64,000 bases of DNA from a plasmid: sequence record NZ_CP083859.1, one strand, 5' to 3'. A program made the translations under genes and the position numbers. Below, one piece after another: positions 19,163 through 29,010 of the stretch (position 1 is the first letter of the stretch; the number at the start of each line of letters is the position of its first letter). The notes beneath the pieces were generated by a model. The model had not been told where the DNA came from, did no database searches, and was given only the letters and a program-made list of their open reading frames with translations.

Positions 19163-19569
19163 CAGCTGAGTACAGTCATGTCACGTGGGATACTTTTTTC
19201 CAGCCCACGTTTGCCGTTTACCCTGAGCTGGAGAGCCAGTTACAAGCAGAGTTCATTACGTATAAATCAACTGGCGCACCGTCAAATCTTCTTGGAAGGG
19301 ACGCCCCTTTTGATTACCCGCCATTCGCTGTCGATGCTAACGTCCAGCATATTCACGTTAATCTGCATTTCCAGCTCACCTGGAGTGCCAGACAAGAGAA
19401 TTACAACCGTACCTCAGATCACTATCTCATTTACACAGAACACATGTGGGATAGCGGCCGCTTTCTGCTGATGGGGCTGATAACACCGGCTCATGAACGT
19501 ATGCCCGCGAGAGATACACGGTTACTCAGCTACTTTTCTGAAGTTGCAGAAGATTTTCACGCTTCATAA
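19153..19569 (+). CDS. YafO-family type II toxin (ribosome-dependent mRNA interferase)
   Basis: LQAEFITYKSTGAPSNLLGRDAPFDYP...VQHIHVNL...DHYLIYTE...LLMGLITPAHERMPARD...SEVAEDFH parallels E. coli YafO FISYKRDGVLPDTFGRDALYDD...VAHIHLA...AHLVYCQG...LLIAILKPEPHKLARDN...KMAEAFR. Confidence 0.65.
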   Translation: MALTAEYSHVTWDTFFQPTFAVYPELESQLQAEFITYKSTGAPSNLLGRDAPFDYPPFAVDANVQHIHVNLHFQLTWSARQENYNRTSDHYLIYTEHMWDSGRFLLMGLITPAHERMPARDTRLLSYFSEVAEDFHAS

Positions 19570-19780
19570 CCCTAAAAATCACATATGGTACCCGGCAAAA
19601 GAACGAAAAGGACCGGCCATCCCGCATATCCAAACCACCCCGGTTCAGAAGGGGAAACGGGATAGCCGGCAGACCTACTTTAACGGAAGTTCCAATGTGA
19701 CACCATTTCAGAAAATTGCAAGCATGCGAGCATCCACACCTACTATCTTGTTAACTTGTTATCTTAACGTGTTGTTAAGT

Positions 19781-20770
19781 TCATATCAGATCCAGACGGT
19801 CGCGCGCCGTTCGCAGGCGCGCCTCGCCGCGGCGATCGTACTGCTGGGTGGTGGTGACGCTGGCATGACCCATCGCATCCTTCACCGTAATCAGGTCTTC
19901 CCCATTATCCAGCATGGCCGTGGCAAAAGTACGCCTTAAATCGTGCGGGGCGCATTTCGCTATTCCTGCCTGGCGCTGGCGCACCTGCAGGACATGGTAC
20001 ACTGCCTGGTCGGTGAGACGGTCATTCGTCAGGGTGTCAAAGCGACGGATACGGGTAAACAGCGGCCCGTCTTTTTCTCCGCGCACTTCATCGATCCACA
20101 GCTTTAGCCGCTGCCAGGTGCCCGCCGGCATATAGGCCAGCCGTTCCTTGTTCCCCTTACCCAGCACCCTGAGTGCTCGCTCAGTGGTGACAACGTCACT
20201 CAAATCCAGCCCCACGGCCTCCGACCGGCGCAGGCCGCAGCCAAGAATGACACCCAGCATCGCCGCATCCCGGAGGCCGATACTGGAGCCATCATCCTCG
20301 CAGGTACTGAACAGCGCTAGGATCTCCTCCGGCAGCAGGGCCCGGCCGCGGGGGAGACGGCTGCCGCGCAGGTTGCGCACCGCCCGGATGTGCTGGAAGC
20401 TTTCCACGTCCATCAGCCTGAGCATCCAGGCTTCCTTCGCCACGCCCTTGAGTGCCGAAAGGTAGGTGTTGACGGTGGCCGTGGCCCGCCCGCTATCGCG
20501 CAGCAGCTCGGTCACAGCCATCACGTGATGACGCCGCAGGCTGCCCCAGCTGCAGGCATCCATGGAAGCTGAACCGAGCATGTCCGCGACGATGCTAAGG
20601 AACGAGGCCATGGTCTGCCGGCTGCGGGGGGAATTCAGGGAAAGCAGGTACGCCCGGGCGGGACTGACCGGACCCTCGCCGCCTGTCAGCGCCGGCAGGA
20701 AATCCCCATCAGGTGGTATGACCGCCGGCGACATGGACAGGTCAGGATCATCATCAGGCATCTGTGTCAT
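19781..20770 (-). CDS. tyrosine site-specific recombinase (phage integrase family; likely plasmid multimer-resolution or integrase-like)
   Basis: C-terminal catalytic motifs ...HDLRRTFATAMLDNGEDLITVKDAMGHASVTTTQQYDRRG (R...HxxR...Y). Confidence 0.8.
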   Translation of the reverse strand: MTQMPDDDPDLSMSPAVIPPDGDFLPALTGGEGPVSPARAYLLSLNSPRSRQTMASFLSIVADMLGSASMDACSWGSLRRHHVMAVTELLRDSGRATATVNTYLSALKGVAKEAWMLRLMDVESFQHIRAVRNLRGSRLPRGRALLPEEILALFSTCEDDGSSIGLRDAAMLGVILGCGLRRSEAVGLDLSDVVTTERALRVLGKGNKERLAYMPAGTWQRLKLWIDEVRGEKDGPLFTRIRRFDTLTNDRLTDQAVYHVLQVRQRQAGIAKCAPHDLRRTFATAMLDNGEDLITVKDAMGHASVTTTQQYDRRGEARLRTARDRLDLI

Positions 20771-20981
20771 CCAGGGCTCCGTCAGGGCCGGAAACCGTCC
20801 GGCGCGCTGCGTGAAAAATCGGGGGAAATGATACCGCCAGAGCGTATCGCAGAAAGTCTACTTTTTCAAAGGTACATTTTAATAAGTAGATAAAGCAGCT
20901 ATCTCGCCTTGATACTGGTGGTATTGCTCTTTACGAAACCTAGTCCGTTCCCTTAGCGGAAATGCTTATAGTTCCTTTGGA

Positions 20982-21394
20982 TTGCTCGGCGCTGTGCTGG
21001 CTTTAGCCGTAACGAATATGACGAATGACGTCTTTTTCAAAGTGGGCCAGATAACCCTGATTGGCCTTTCCGCTAAGAATGCGATTCTGGTTATCGAATT
21101 CGCGAAACAATTGATGAAAGAAGGAAAGACCCTTATTGATGCGACATTGATTGCATTGAAGCAGCGCTTGTGGTCAATACGGATTACTTCTCTGGTTTTC
21201 ACATTAAACACTGTTCCGCTGATGCTTACCATGGGGCCAGTGACAGCACAAAGCATGCGATCGGTACCAGTGTATTCGGCGGGATGATTAGCGGAACGCT
21301 ACTGGCCATTTCCTTTGTTCCGGTATTTTTCGTAAATATCACCCGATTTACTGGCATGCGAAAAGACATACCGGGGAATAGCCGGAACGGCTAA
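20982..21394 (+). pseudogene. fragments of an RND (AcrB-like) efflux transporter C-terminus, frameshifted remnant
   Basis: ...QITLIGLSAKNAILVIEFAKQLMKEGK...LKQRLW... and ...GMISGTLLAISFVPVFFV... in different frames are typical of the AcrB/AcrD/MdtB C-terminal TM region. Confidence 0.55.
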
Positions 21395-22332
21395 TCTCTG
21401 CGCTATGTTCCGGTCAGTTTAAAGCAGGCTTCTTGCTGAACTGGCTGGCATTACATTATCAAGGATATTATGAACATCATTATCACACAAAGGTTAATTT
21501 AAGGGAGAGGATGCGGCAGCACTTTTCGATTACCTCTCTTCACCACGTGCTCCTTGCTTTTAGGTTGAAAAGTTACATTCACTAGCCGAGGCGGAGGTCG
21601 ACGTGGCTAAACGAGCCACTGACCCAGCACAGTTTGCCGTTTGTCTAAAAACCGATACGTTAATCGGATATCTTTTTGCGGACAATAGCAATAAGCCAGA
21701 CAGCAATACCAGGTCAGTAGGCTGACACTTTACTCAACGTTATGAACGCCAGAGATATGCGAACGAGTCATTTGCTGCATTGTTTGATTATTTATTTAAA
21801 CAGACGTTTGTATGCCTGGGTGGAAGTTTACAATCTGGCTTCTCAAAAATTTTGTGAACGTTACACGCAGAGGTTGCAGAGCAATAGTGGCCCAGAAAAA
21901 ATGCCTGCTAATTGAAATGAACAATATTCTTAGTGTTTTTAATGGTAATGCAGTTACTGAACACAATTTTATTGAACACAGATCAATGATCTGACTCTCC
22001 ACTAAATCAAAATTTCAACGTACCTTAGTCTTTGTCTATTTTTGAAAATAATAAGTAGCGGTAATTCTGAATTGTTTATGAAGAGGTCCCGTACGCCTGC
22101 CGTTCACCATCATAAGCTAGCCGGATGCTCGTAACACTTATTTTGGCAATCCGACGGAGCTGACCGACTCTGCTAGTTACTTGAGGATGCCAAGACGCGC
22201 CGAACCAATCAAGTAAATGAAAGAAAACAGACAATGCGGCGCCGGAAACAAATACGAATGTTCAGAGTATGAGCAGTTGATATGCACGAAAGGAAGAAAA
22301 AAGGCAGGGAGATTAATTCCCTGCCTTTTTTA

Positions 22333-22737
22333 TCATTTAATCAAGAAGTCATCAACATTGCCGCCGTTGGCAATGTGTTCAGCAAAAACTTTAGGTGTAC
22401 GGCCCTGGCCAGTCCATGTTTTAGTTTCACCGTTTTCATCGGTGTACTGGTATTTGGCCGGTCGTGCTGCACGCTCTTTTTTAGGTTTTGTCTGGCCGGT
22501 GGAGAATTCAAGCAACTCTGACGGGTCAATACCATCATCCAGCATCAACTGGCGCAACTTATTCAGCTTCTCTGTACGTTCCGAAATCTCGTTACGTTTT
22601 GCTTCTTCTTCATCACGACGTTCCGAAACGATGACATTAAACTTCTCCAGAATGTCTTCCAGAGTTTCGAGAGGCAACTCACGCGCCTGAGCTCGCAGTG
22701 AACGGGTGTTATTAAGTGTTTTCAGTTCTTCAGACAT
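22333..22737 (-). CDS. hns: plasmid-encoded H-NS/StpA-family nucleoid protein (134 aa)
   Basis: [33 protein letters not shown]...[26 protein letters not shown] parallels H-NS [33 protein letters not shown]...[26 protein letters not shown]. Long AT-rich upstream region. Confidence 0.85.
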   Translation of the reverse strand: [134 protein letters not shown]

Positions 22738-23331
22738 TTTAGCTCCAGAGGGTAGTAATCATAATCTCAGTTGATTATGAAACATTAAAAAATAAAATCA
22801 ACAGAAAGCCAACTGAATTAATGAACAATGTCGAACGGATTCACTTCTTTATGTTTCTTAAAATGAATGAACTGCGCTTGAAGAGCTTCTGAGACATTGT
22901 GCCTTGGTATACAGGTTGTAAAGTCGCATGGGGTTCATACATGTTAGATGGGAACGATACTTAAAATGAATCACAGGTAGGGATTTACCCGGCATATTTA
23001 TGATGTTAAAAAGTTAGAAATACAAAATTAGTTACAAAAACCTTATGGCAACTCATACCATATACCTGGTTTAAAATGCATCAACCCTGACTACTTGAGA
23101 GTGTTTTGATAAGCGTGGGTCAGGGGTAATGTTACCCCTTATATGAAGATAATCTGAGTTCAGCTTTGATGTAAGGTATTCGCTGATAGTGGCTATGGCA
23201 AGCATAATGCTGAGTCAGGGCAACTTTGGTCGAAGATAAATAAACGCTCCCGGTTAAAGTTTTACTTACCATTGCAGGAGTAATGGTTTACCGGGTGCGC
23301 ATATTTTATGCTCTCTGTCGGTTACTTTGTG

Positions 23332-23820
23332 TTAAGGGGATTCATTTTTCCGAATCTTCTCATTTTCACGGCTTTCCTTTAAAAGCTCGTCAATCACACG
23401 TTCCGTTATTTTTTCCACGGCCTCGCTTCTTGAGAGACCTTCCATATCCGCAAGCCTGTCTATCTTCCGCAGTATTTTCATACGCAGCGATAAAGAGACC
23501 GCTGTTTTTTTATCTTTATCCAGAATGACGCGGCCACCTGACTCTGTGCTTTTCAGTTCGGCATTCTTTGCCAGATCATCACTCATCCGTCGCAGCGTTT
23601 TTTTATCAAGGTTACCCGGCGTGATCATCTGGTAAGAGTGACTGGCCTTGCTGTACTTTATTTCTGCTGAATAGTCTTCCCTGAGTGCTTTAAGGGCCCG
23701 TGTCAGGGTTGGCTCTGAACATTCCAGGCTGGTGATGATATCGGCGGCAGGAACCGGTTTCCCGGTGCCCAGTAAATTAGCCAGAGTGAAAATGCGGACC
23801 TGTCGCGTATTGAGTTGCAT
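23332..23820 (-). CDS. terW: winged-HTH regulator, TerW-like (162 aa)
   Basis: N-terminal wHTH (…DIITSLECSEPTLTRALKALRED…); size and position next to ter-associated genes fit TerW. Assignment by context. Confidence 0.45.
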   Translation of the reverse strand: MQLNTRQVRIFTLANLLGTGKPVPAADIITSLECSEPTLTRALKALREDYSAEIKYSKASHSYQMITPGNLDKKTLRRMSDDLAKNAELKSTESGGRVILDKDKKTAVSLSLRMKILRKIDRLADMEGLSRSEAVEKITERVIDELLKESRENEKIRKNESP

Positions 23821-23822
23821 CG

Positions 23823-25046
23823 TTAGTTAAAGCCTGCGTCAAAAAAAAGTGGTTCAATTGCCTGAAAGATAAATGTCGTGCTCATCTTTCTGATAACCGG
23901 ATAGTCTCCAAGCGCTTCCACCGGATCCACATGTTCTATCCCGGCAAAATTAATCGACGCCATCTGTGCTCTGCTAAATTTGCATGACAGGATGTATTCG
24001 TCTTCAAGATACCCGGTCCGTTTACTGATGCGCTGGGTAAAACCTGAAACCACCACGTAGTCAAAGGGTAGTGTATGCAGGGCAATACCGGCCAGGCGCA
24101 ACAGGCACCCATGAACATGGCGTGCGTAATTTTCTCGCTGTGCTTTTTGCGTCATGGCCTTTTCGGTGATTTCTGTACCGCGGGCATTCACACCGTAAGT
24201 TTTATCAGGCATGTCTTCTATCTCAGGCAGATCGACATCGAGCCAGACCGTGGACTGTTCAGGTTTGACTTCGAACGTCACCAGAGTTTCCCGTGGCCAC
24301 TCAGTTTGCGCCAGTACCTCACCCAGTCGGGACTCAAAGAAAGCACTGTCCCTGCGAAACTGGTCACGGGCTTCAGCCTGCGATGCGATCAGCCTGCTTT
24401 CATGCTCCTTAGCCTCGAATTGCCAATTGGCATACTGTTCAGCCCAGGCGGTGCGCTGCTGCTGATAGCGATGCTGGCGGAGCGTATTTTCTCGTTCCGT
24501 ATCAGCCAGCGTCTGCTGCCATTGATTCCTGAGCTCCTCAAGACGCTCTGCACGGGCCGCATCGGATTCAAACCATTTCCCAAAAAATCCTACACTAGTG
24601 CTCTCATCCGGTTGCTCTGGTAAGGGCATCAACTCAGGTTTCGCCGGACGTACCGGCGCCGGTACCAGCCAGGGTTTCTGACGACTGGCCAGATATTCTG
24701 TTTCCAGTTCGGACCAGCTGATACCCTGGCGGGGATCCGGCGTCAGCTCATGGATATTGGCAATACTGCTCACAACAGACATCAGTGCGCCCACTTCCTT
24801 TTCGAGCTCCAGCCGAATAGAAGGATCGGGTTGTGCGCTACGGGCAGTACGTGAGCGGGCTGAGCTATCCAGTCTGGTGCGATAACTCAGGCCGGTACCC
24901 GGCAAACCCAGGTTGGCATAAGTGCCCCGGCTACCAATGGATACAGACGCCCCCCGCGGTCCTACGCTGAGACTCGGTGCGCCGTTACTTAAGTTCAGCC
25001 GTACGCCGGGAATGATGTTGATCGTTTTACGAAATCGAAATCCCAT
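23823..25046 (-). CDS. DUF4236-domain protein (407 aa)
   Basis: N-terminus MGFRFRKTINIIPGVRLNLSNGAPSLSVGPRGASVSIGSRGTYANLGLPGTGLSY is the DUF4236 signature; the rest is coiled-coil and Q-rich. Confidence 0.55.
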   Translation of the reverse strand: MGFRFRKTINIIPGVRLNLSNGAPSLSVGPRGASVSIGSRGTYANLGLPGTGLSYRTRLDSSARSRTARSAQPDPSIRLELEKEVGALMSVVSSIANIHELTPDPRQGISWSELETEYLASRQKPWLVPAPVRPAKPELMPLPEQPDESTSVGFFGKWFESDAARAERLEELRNQWQQTLADTERENTLRQHRYQQQRTAWAEQYANWQFEAKEHESRLIASQAEARDQFRRDSAFFESRLGEVLAQTEWPRETLVTFEVKPEQSTVWLDVDLPEIEDMPDKTYGVNARGTEITEKAMTQKAQRENYARHVHGCLLRLAGIALHTLPFDYVVVSGFTQRISKRTGYLEDEYILSCKFSRAQMASINFAGIEHVDPVEALGDYPVIRKMSTTFIFQAIEPLFFDAGFN

Positions 25047-25056
25047 TACGACATCC

Positions 25057-26013
25057 TCAGTTTTTCTGTGACAGTGGCATCAGTCTGATACCCTCTGCGC
25101 TTTGTTCCGGGATCATGCCATATATCCGGGCTCGTTCCAGTATGCTCGCTGCCCAGCGGCGATGCGTTGCCGGTTCGCACATCGCGCCCTGCGATTTGAA
25201 TACAGCCTGAGTGGAGTTGAGGATCCGGAGCGCATCCGAATGTTCGCCTGCTGATACCTTCAGTGCGTTTTCGATAACATCAATCTGAGCAGGGTGGATG
25301 GCCGTTTTACCCACCAGCCCATGCGCCATATCAAGCGCCAGCTCCCGCGCCATAATGTCATGATCGTCAATATGCTCACAGACTGGCGCCGTCAGCGCAA
25401 AATCACGCGGACCGAATACTGACACCAGCATTTTAATCACGTAGCCCATAGGCCCGTCGTAAAGTGTCAGATTCCGCGGCCGTCTCAGCGAGACCACATT
25501 CATCAGGTCATTTCCGCCGATACGCAGGGCAATGAGCCGATCAAGGCATGGATGAGAAAGTAGCTTTTCCGCAAGTTCACGCATCCGGAGGACATCAAAC
25601 ACGTCGTCGGTTTCAAGGGTCGGCATAAGACAAAGGTGCGTGTCTGCCATTGCCGCCCACCATTCCGGCAACGAGGCCAGAGTGAATTTTGGCAGTACAA
25701 AACCGTCAACGGCGCTCAGGTCGACATTCTGAACCAGCCATTGCCCCATTTCCGTATGTCGCGGGCGAATAAACACCAGCGGCCAGTCCTGGTTACCGGC
25801 ACGTAATTTTTCCTGGCTGAGGCGCTGCAGCAGCTGTCTCAGATTTTCCAGCGCCCGGGGGATATCTGTTTCACTGACCGCATCCTCCAGACAAATGACC
25901 AGCGAGCGAAGTCCCGGGATCTTGCCGTCCAGGATAGCTCCCTCAATATCGTAACGGGTTGCGGGCATGTACAGCGTGGCGCCAAGATTCCAGGGCGAGA
26001 GGCGATTTTTCAT
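25057..26013 (-). CDS. HpcH/HpaI aldolase / citrate-lyase beta (CitE)-like TIM-barrel enzyme, ter-associated biosynthetic operon gene 5
   Basis: ...LVICLEDAV...RIGGNDL... pattern and size (318 aa). Last gene of the operon divergent from terZ. Confidence 0.65.
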   Translation of the reverse strand: MKNRLSPWNLGATLYMPATRYDIEGAILDGKIPGLRSLVICLEDAVSETDIPRALENLRQLLQRLSQEKLRAGNQDWPLVFIRPRHTEMGQWLVQNVDLSAVDGFVLPKFTLASLPEWWAAMADTHLCLMPTLETDDVFDVLRMRELAEKLLSHPCLDRLIALRIGGNDLMNVVSLRRPRNLTLYDGPMGYVIKMLVSVFGPRDFALTAPVCEHIDDHDIMARELALDMAHGLVGKTAIHPAQIDVIENALKVSAGEHSDALRILNSTQAVFKSQGAMCEPATHRRWAASILERARIYGMIPEQSAEGIRLMPLSQKN

Positions 26014-27107
26014 CAGAGCACCTTTTTAATAATGGTCACGGCCCGGTACTGGCCAAGTGCGTCACCCATTTCGGTAACGATGATCCCTTTATCGCGGGCC
26101 AGGCCTACCAGTAACTCGACATCCGGATCGCTGACTGAGCGTACAAACACATGATCGGGTACCCGGCGTAATACGGCGCGGGTTGCTTCAGCGATACCCG
26201 GTTTAATCCGGTTGATGCTGTCGACCGCATACCTGTCAGCAAGGAGGGCGATCACATCACGACTCTTCTGCCACAGACCGGTATTCGCTGCCATATTCCA
26301 GTCGAGCCCGGGTACAGCCGCGGGATCGAGTTTTTCGCGATAATCGGCAACCGTCCCGACCAGCAAGCGGCTGCATTCGTACTCATTCAGATGTTCGCAC
26401 ACGACGCAGCCGTGTAACCCTTCAGTAGTCCATACAGAGCGTGAAATAAGGCCTGATACCGGCGCCCCCATAATCCCGAACGGGATCAGCCAGTCATCAT
26501 CGCTTGCCGCCAGCCAGGAGCAGCCACACGGGTCAGCGAGCACCACAAGGCGGGGGTGTTCCGGATAACCGCTGCGTCCTTCCAGGGAGCGAACCAGTTG
26601 ACCCGTGATCGCGCCTTTACCGGTCCAGCCATCAACGAACACAATGCCATGTGTGCCATGACGGGATTCAATGATATCCAGGGCAGCGGTATCGATGCCG
26701 CGATCACGAATGATGCTGATCCCGTAGTGGAAGGATGTTTTCCCCATGTCCCGCAGCGTCTGATGCAGCATCACGCCCAGAGGCACACCGGCCCGGACGA
26801 GACTTGCCAGAATAATGGGTTCATCACCAAAGCGGTTGGCCAGTTCGCGGGCAAGTTGTGTTACTTCGTGTGCCAGTCGGGCCGCGCCACGATCCAGTGC
26901 GCGTGAGAATAGATCCAGATGCCAAGAGGTAGGGGCAGGCTCCTGGCTCAGCATGTCTGAATAATGCTTTTTGCCGGACTGGATCAGCGCCTCTTTTTGG
27001 TCAACCGGCGTCATTTCCATTTCAATGGGTTTGAGCAGGAACTGGACATCACTGGCGTCGTAAGAGCCCGAAAAAGGAATGAGTGGCTGCATCTTACAGT
27101 TCTCCAA
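26013..27107 (-). CDS. PRTase-like protein with C-terminal TRSP-type domain (ter-associated), operon gene 4
   Basis: 364 aa, ATGA-coupled to neighbours; central ...GIVFVDGWTGKGAITGQL... resembles a degenerate PRPP-binding loop. Family assignment by context. Confidence 0.45.
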   Translation of the reverse strand: MENCKMQPLIPFSGSYDASDVQFLLKPIEMEMTPVDQKEALIQSGKKHYSDMLSQEPAPTSWHLDLFSRALDRGAARLAHEVTQLARELANRFGDEPIILASLVRAGVPLGVMLHQTLRDMGKTSFHYGISIIRDRGIDTAALDIIESRHGTHGIVFVDGWTGKGAITGQLVRSLEGRSGYPEHPRLVVLADPCGCSWLAASDDDWLIPFGIMGAPVSGLISRSVWTTEGLHGCVVCEHLNEYECSRLLVGTVADYREKLDPAAVPGLDWNMAANTGLWQKSRDVIALLADRYAVDSINRIKPGIAEATRAVLRRVPDHVFVRSVSDPDVELLVGLARDKGIIVTEMGDALGQYRAVTIIKKVL

Positions 27108-27885
27108 AAATTTTCATTGAGACGGCTTCAGCGAACTGGCTTTGACGCGGGATCCCGTACCAGCTGCAGAGCTTCATAAAGCGGTGATCGCTAAGACTGT
27201 CACCGAGCCCAATCACCGGGAATACACCTCGCTCGGCACGTAATTTGTTCAGCAACCAGGTAACGGCCAGACCTTTTTCCACGGGATGAGGAAGCCAGGC
27301 AACATTGTTGCTGTTACGGTGGATATAGAAGTCCGCGACCGGGAATACCGCTTCAATCTCGTCTGCAATGGCATACAGCTCATCAAGCCGTGTGCTGTCG
27401 CGGTGCTTCATCACCAGATAGACGGGTGTGCCGTCATATTCATAGTTGAGTCGCGCCCAGGCGTTAATGCCCCTGGCTTCCATCATCTCTGTGATCGCAC
27501 GTTGCATGGAGATAAGCCTCTCTTCGTACTGCGCCAGGCCCTGCAACATGTGCGCTTTCCAGTCCTCGTCAGGCTGACCCTGTGGGTTCAGGATAACGGC
27601 ACCATGGGTTGTAATCGCCCAAGAGTGGAAGGGGATCTGCACGCGGCTGATTTCTTCAGTGCCGCGGGCCGTCACCGGAATAAGTTCAGCCTGCTCCAGT
27701 AACCAGTCCACCAGCATGGACTGCTCTTCAGTCATGAAGCTGCGTGGCGCTAAACTTCTGTCCAGCGCTCCGGTTTTAAAGGGCTCCAGCGCGAGCTCAT
27801 CCACCATTTTGCGTCGGGTCTGGAAGAGGGTGTCATCAAGGTCACTCAGGACAACGGGTTTATTCATAGCTAATAATCTCCACAC
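27094..27885 (-). CDS. HAD-superfamily hydrolase/phosphatase, operon gene 3
   Basis: N-terminal motif I VVLSDLDDTLF (DxDxT). Confidence 0.75.
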   Translation of the reverse strand: MWRLLAMNKPVVLSDLDDTLFQTRRKMVDELALEPFKTGALDRSLAPRSFMTEEQSMLVDWLLEQAELIPVTARGTEEISRVQIPFHSWAITTHGAVILNPQGQPDEDWKAHMLQGLAQYEERLISMQRAITEMMEARGINAWARLNYEYDGTPVYLVMKHRDSTRLDELYAIADEIEAVFPVADFYIHRNSNNVAWLPHPVEKGLAVTWLLNKLRAERGVFPVIGLGDSLSDHRFMKLCSWYGIPRQSQFAEAVSMKIFGEL

Positions 27886-29002
27886 TGGCGGCTACTCCTG
27901 CCAGCGTCTTCATCAGGTGACTGTCCACGCTGGCCGCTGGCGTCTCGGTGCAAAGCAGAACGCGATCAAACCGCTGGTGCGCAACGTTGTATAAAAAATT
28001 GGGAATGCCCAGACCATAGTTATCCGTGAAGGCAATAGCCGACTGAATGGCGAAGCCTGTGGCTATCGGTGATCGGGTAGTGGAACTGTAAAACGCATCC
28101 GCACCGGCCTCGGCCAGACGCTCAGCAAGCAGGAACGGTTCCCACACAAATTCACCTGTGCCCAGCACCAGCACGCGTTCTCCCGGTGAGATGGTGATAT
28201 TACGGCCCAGGTCATTAGCGGGCGCCGTCATCCCCAGTCGGCCCCAGGACTGTTTGCCGGTGATGGGGAAGTTACCCCGGGAAGTCACATTCACCGCTGG
28301 CATTACCGGGACGGGCGCGTCCGGGATGGGTTCCCACTGCCATGCACCGCTGACCAATGACAGCGTGCGCACCGGCAAAGGACAACGCGTTTCCAGCGCA
28401 TCACCACTCCAGTCGGTGAGTGTGACAGCCACAACCTGCTCCAGCTGTGGCAACCGGCCAGTATTGCGCAGTGCCGCAAGGAGATTGATGAAGGTGTTAC
28501 CGGTTGTGGCTTCATCATCAATCAGAACCAGGGTTCGCGCTTCGGTCACTCTGCGGCGCATTTCCGCCTCAGCGGGCAGGTAGATCAGATGATCTGTCGC
28601 ATGGCTGTGCTCTTCCTTAAATTCACACAGCAGTTCACCGTCCTGAGGATGGCGCGTTGAGGTCAGGTAAACGGAATCCGCGTACTGGTGGCGAAGTTCA
28701 TCAAACACGCCAGCCCCGAGACCTACCGCAGTCTCGGCCATCCCGATAAACAGCACCGGTCCGGGAACGGACTCCGGAAACTGGCGGGCCAGACGCTGGT
28801 ATGCCTGACGCATTGTCGAAGGAGGAACCGGAATATGTCTGCCCAGCACTTTGCTGACAAAGAGAAAAGCACGTTTCGGGTTATGGCGCTCAGCAATATC
28901 AAAAAGATCGTTAAGGGACATCTCGCCCCGGGCGCGTGTGACCTGAATCGTGCCGCATAACAATGCACGTCGATAAACAGTGTCTTCGTTCAACAGTGAC
29001 AT
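27860..29002 (-). CDS. phosphoribosyltransferase (type I PRTase) family enzyme, operon gene 2
   Basis: PRPP-binding motif LVLIDDEATTGNTF. Confidence 0.7.
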   Translation of the reverse strand: MSLLNEDTVYRRALLCGTIQVTRARGEMSLNDLFDIAERHNPKRAFLFVSKVLGRHIPVPPSTMRQAYQRLARQFPESVPGPVLFIGMAETAVGLGAGVFDELRHQYADSVYLTSTRHPQDGELLCEFKEEHSHATDHLIYLPAEAEMRRRVTEARTLVLIDDEATTGNTFINLLAALRNTGRLPQLEQVVAVTLTDWSGDALETRCPLPVRTLSLVSGAWQWEPIPDAPVPVMPAVNVTSRGNFPITGKQSWGRLGMTAPANDLGRNITISPGERVLVLGTGEFVWEPFLLAERLAEAGADAFYSSTTRSPIATGFAIQSAIAFTDNYGLGIPNFLYNVAHQRFDRVLLCTETPAASVDSHLMKTLAGVAASVEIISYE

Positions 29003-29010
29003 AGTGAGCC

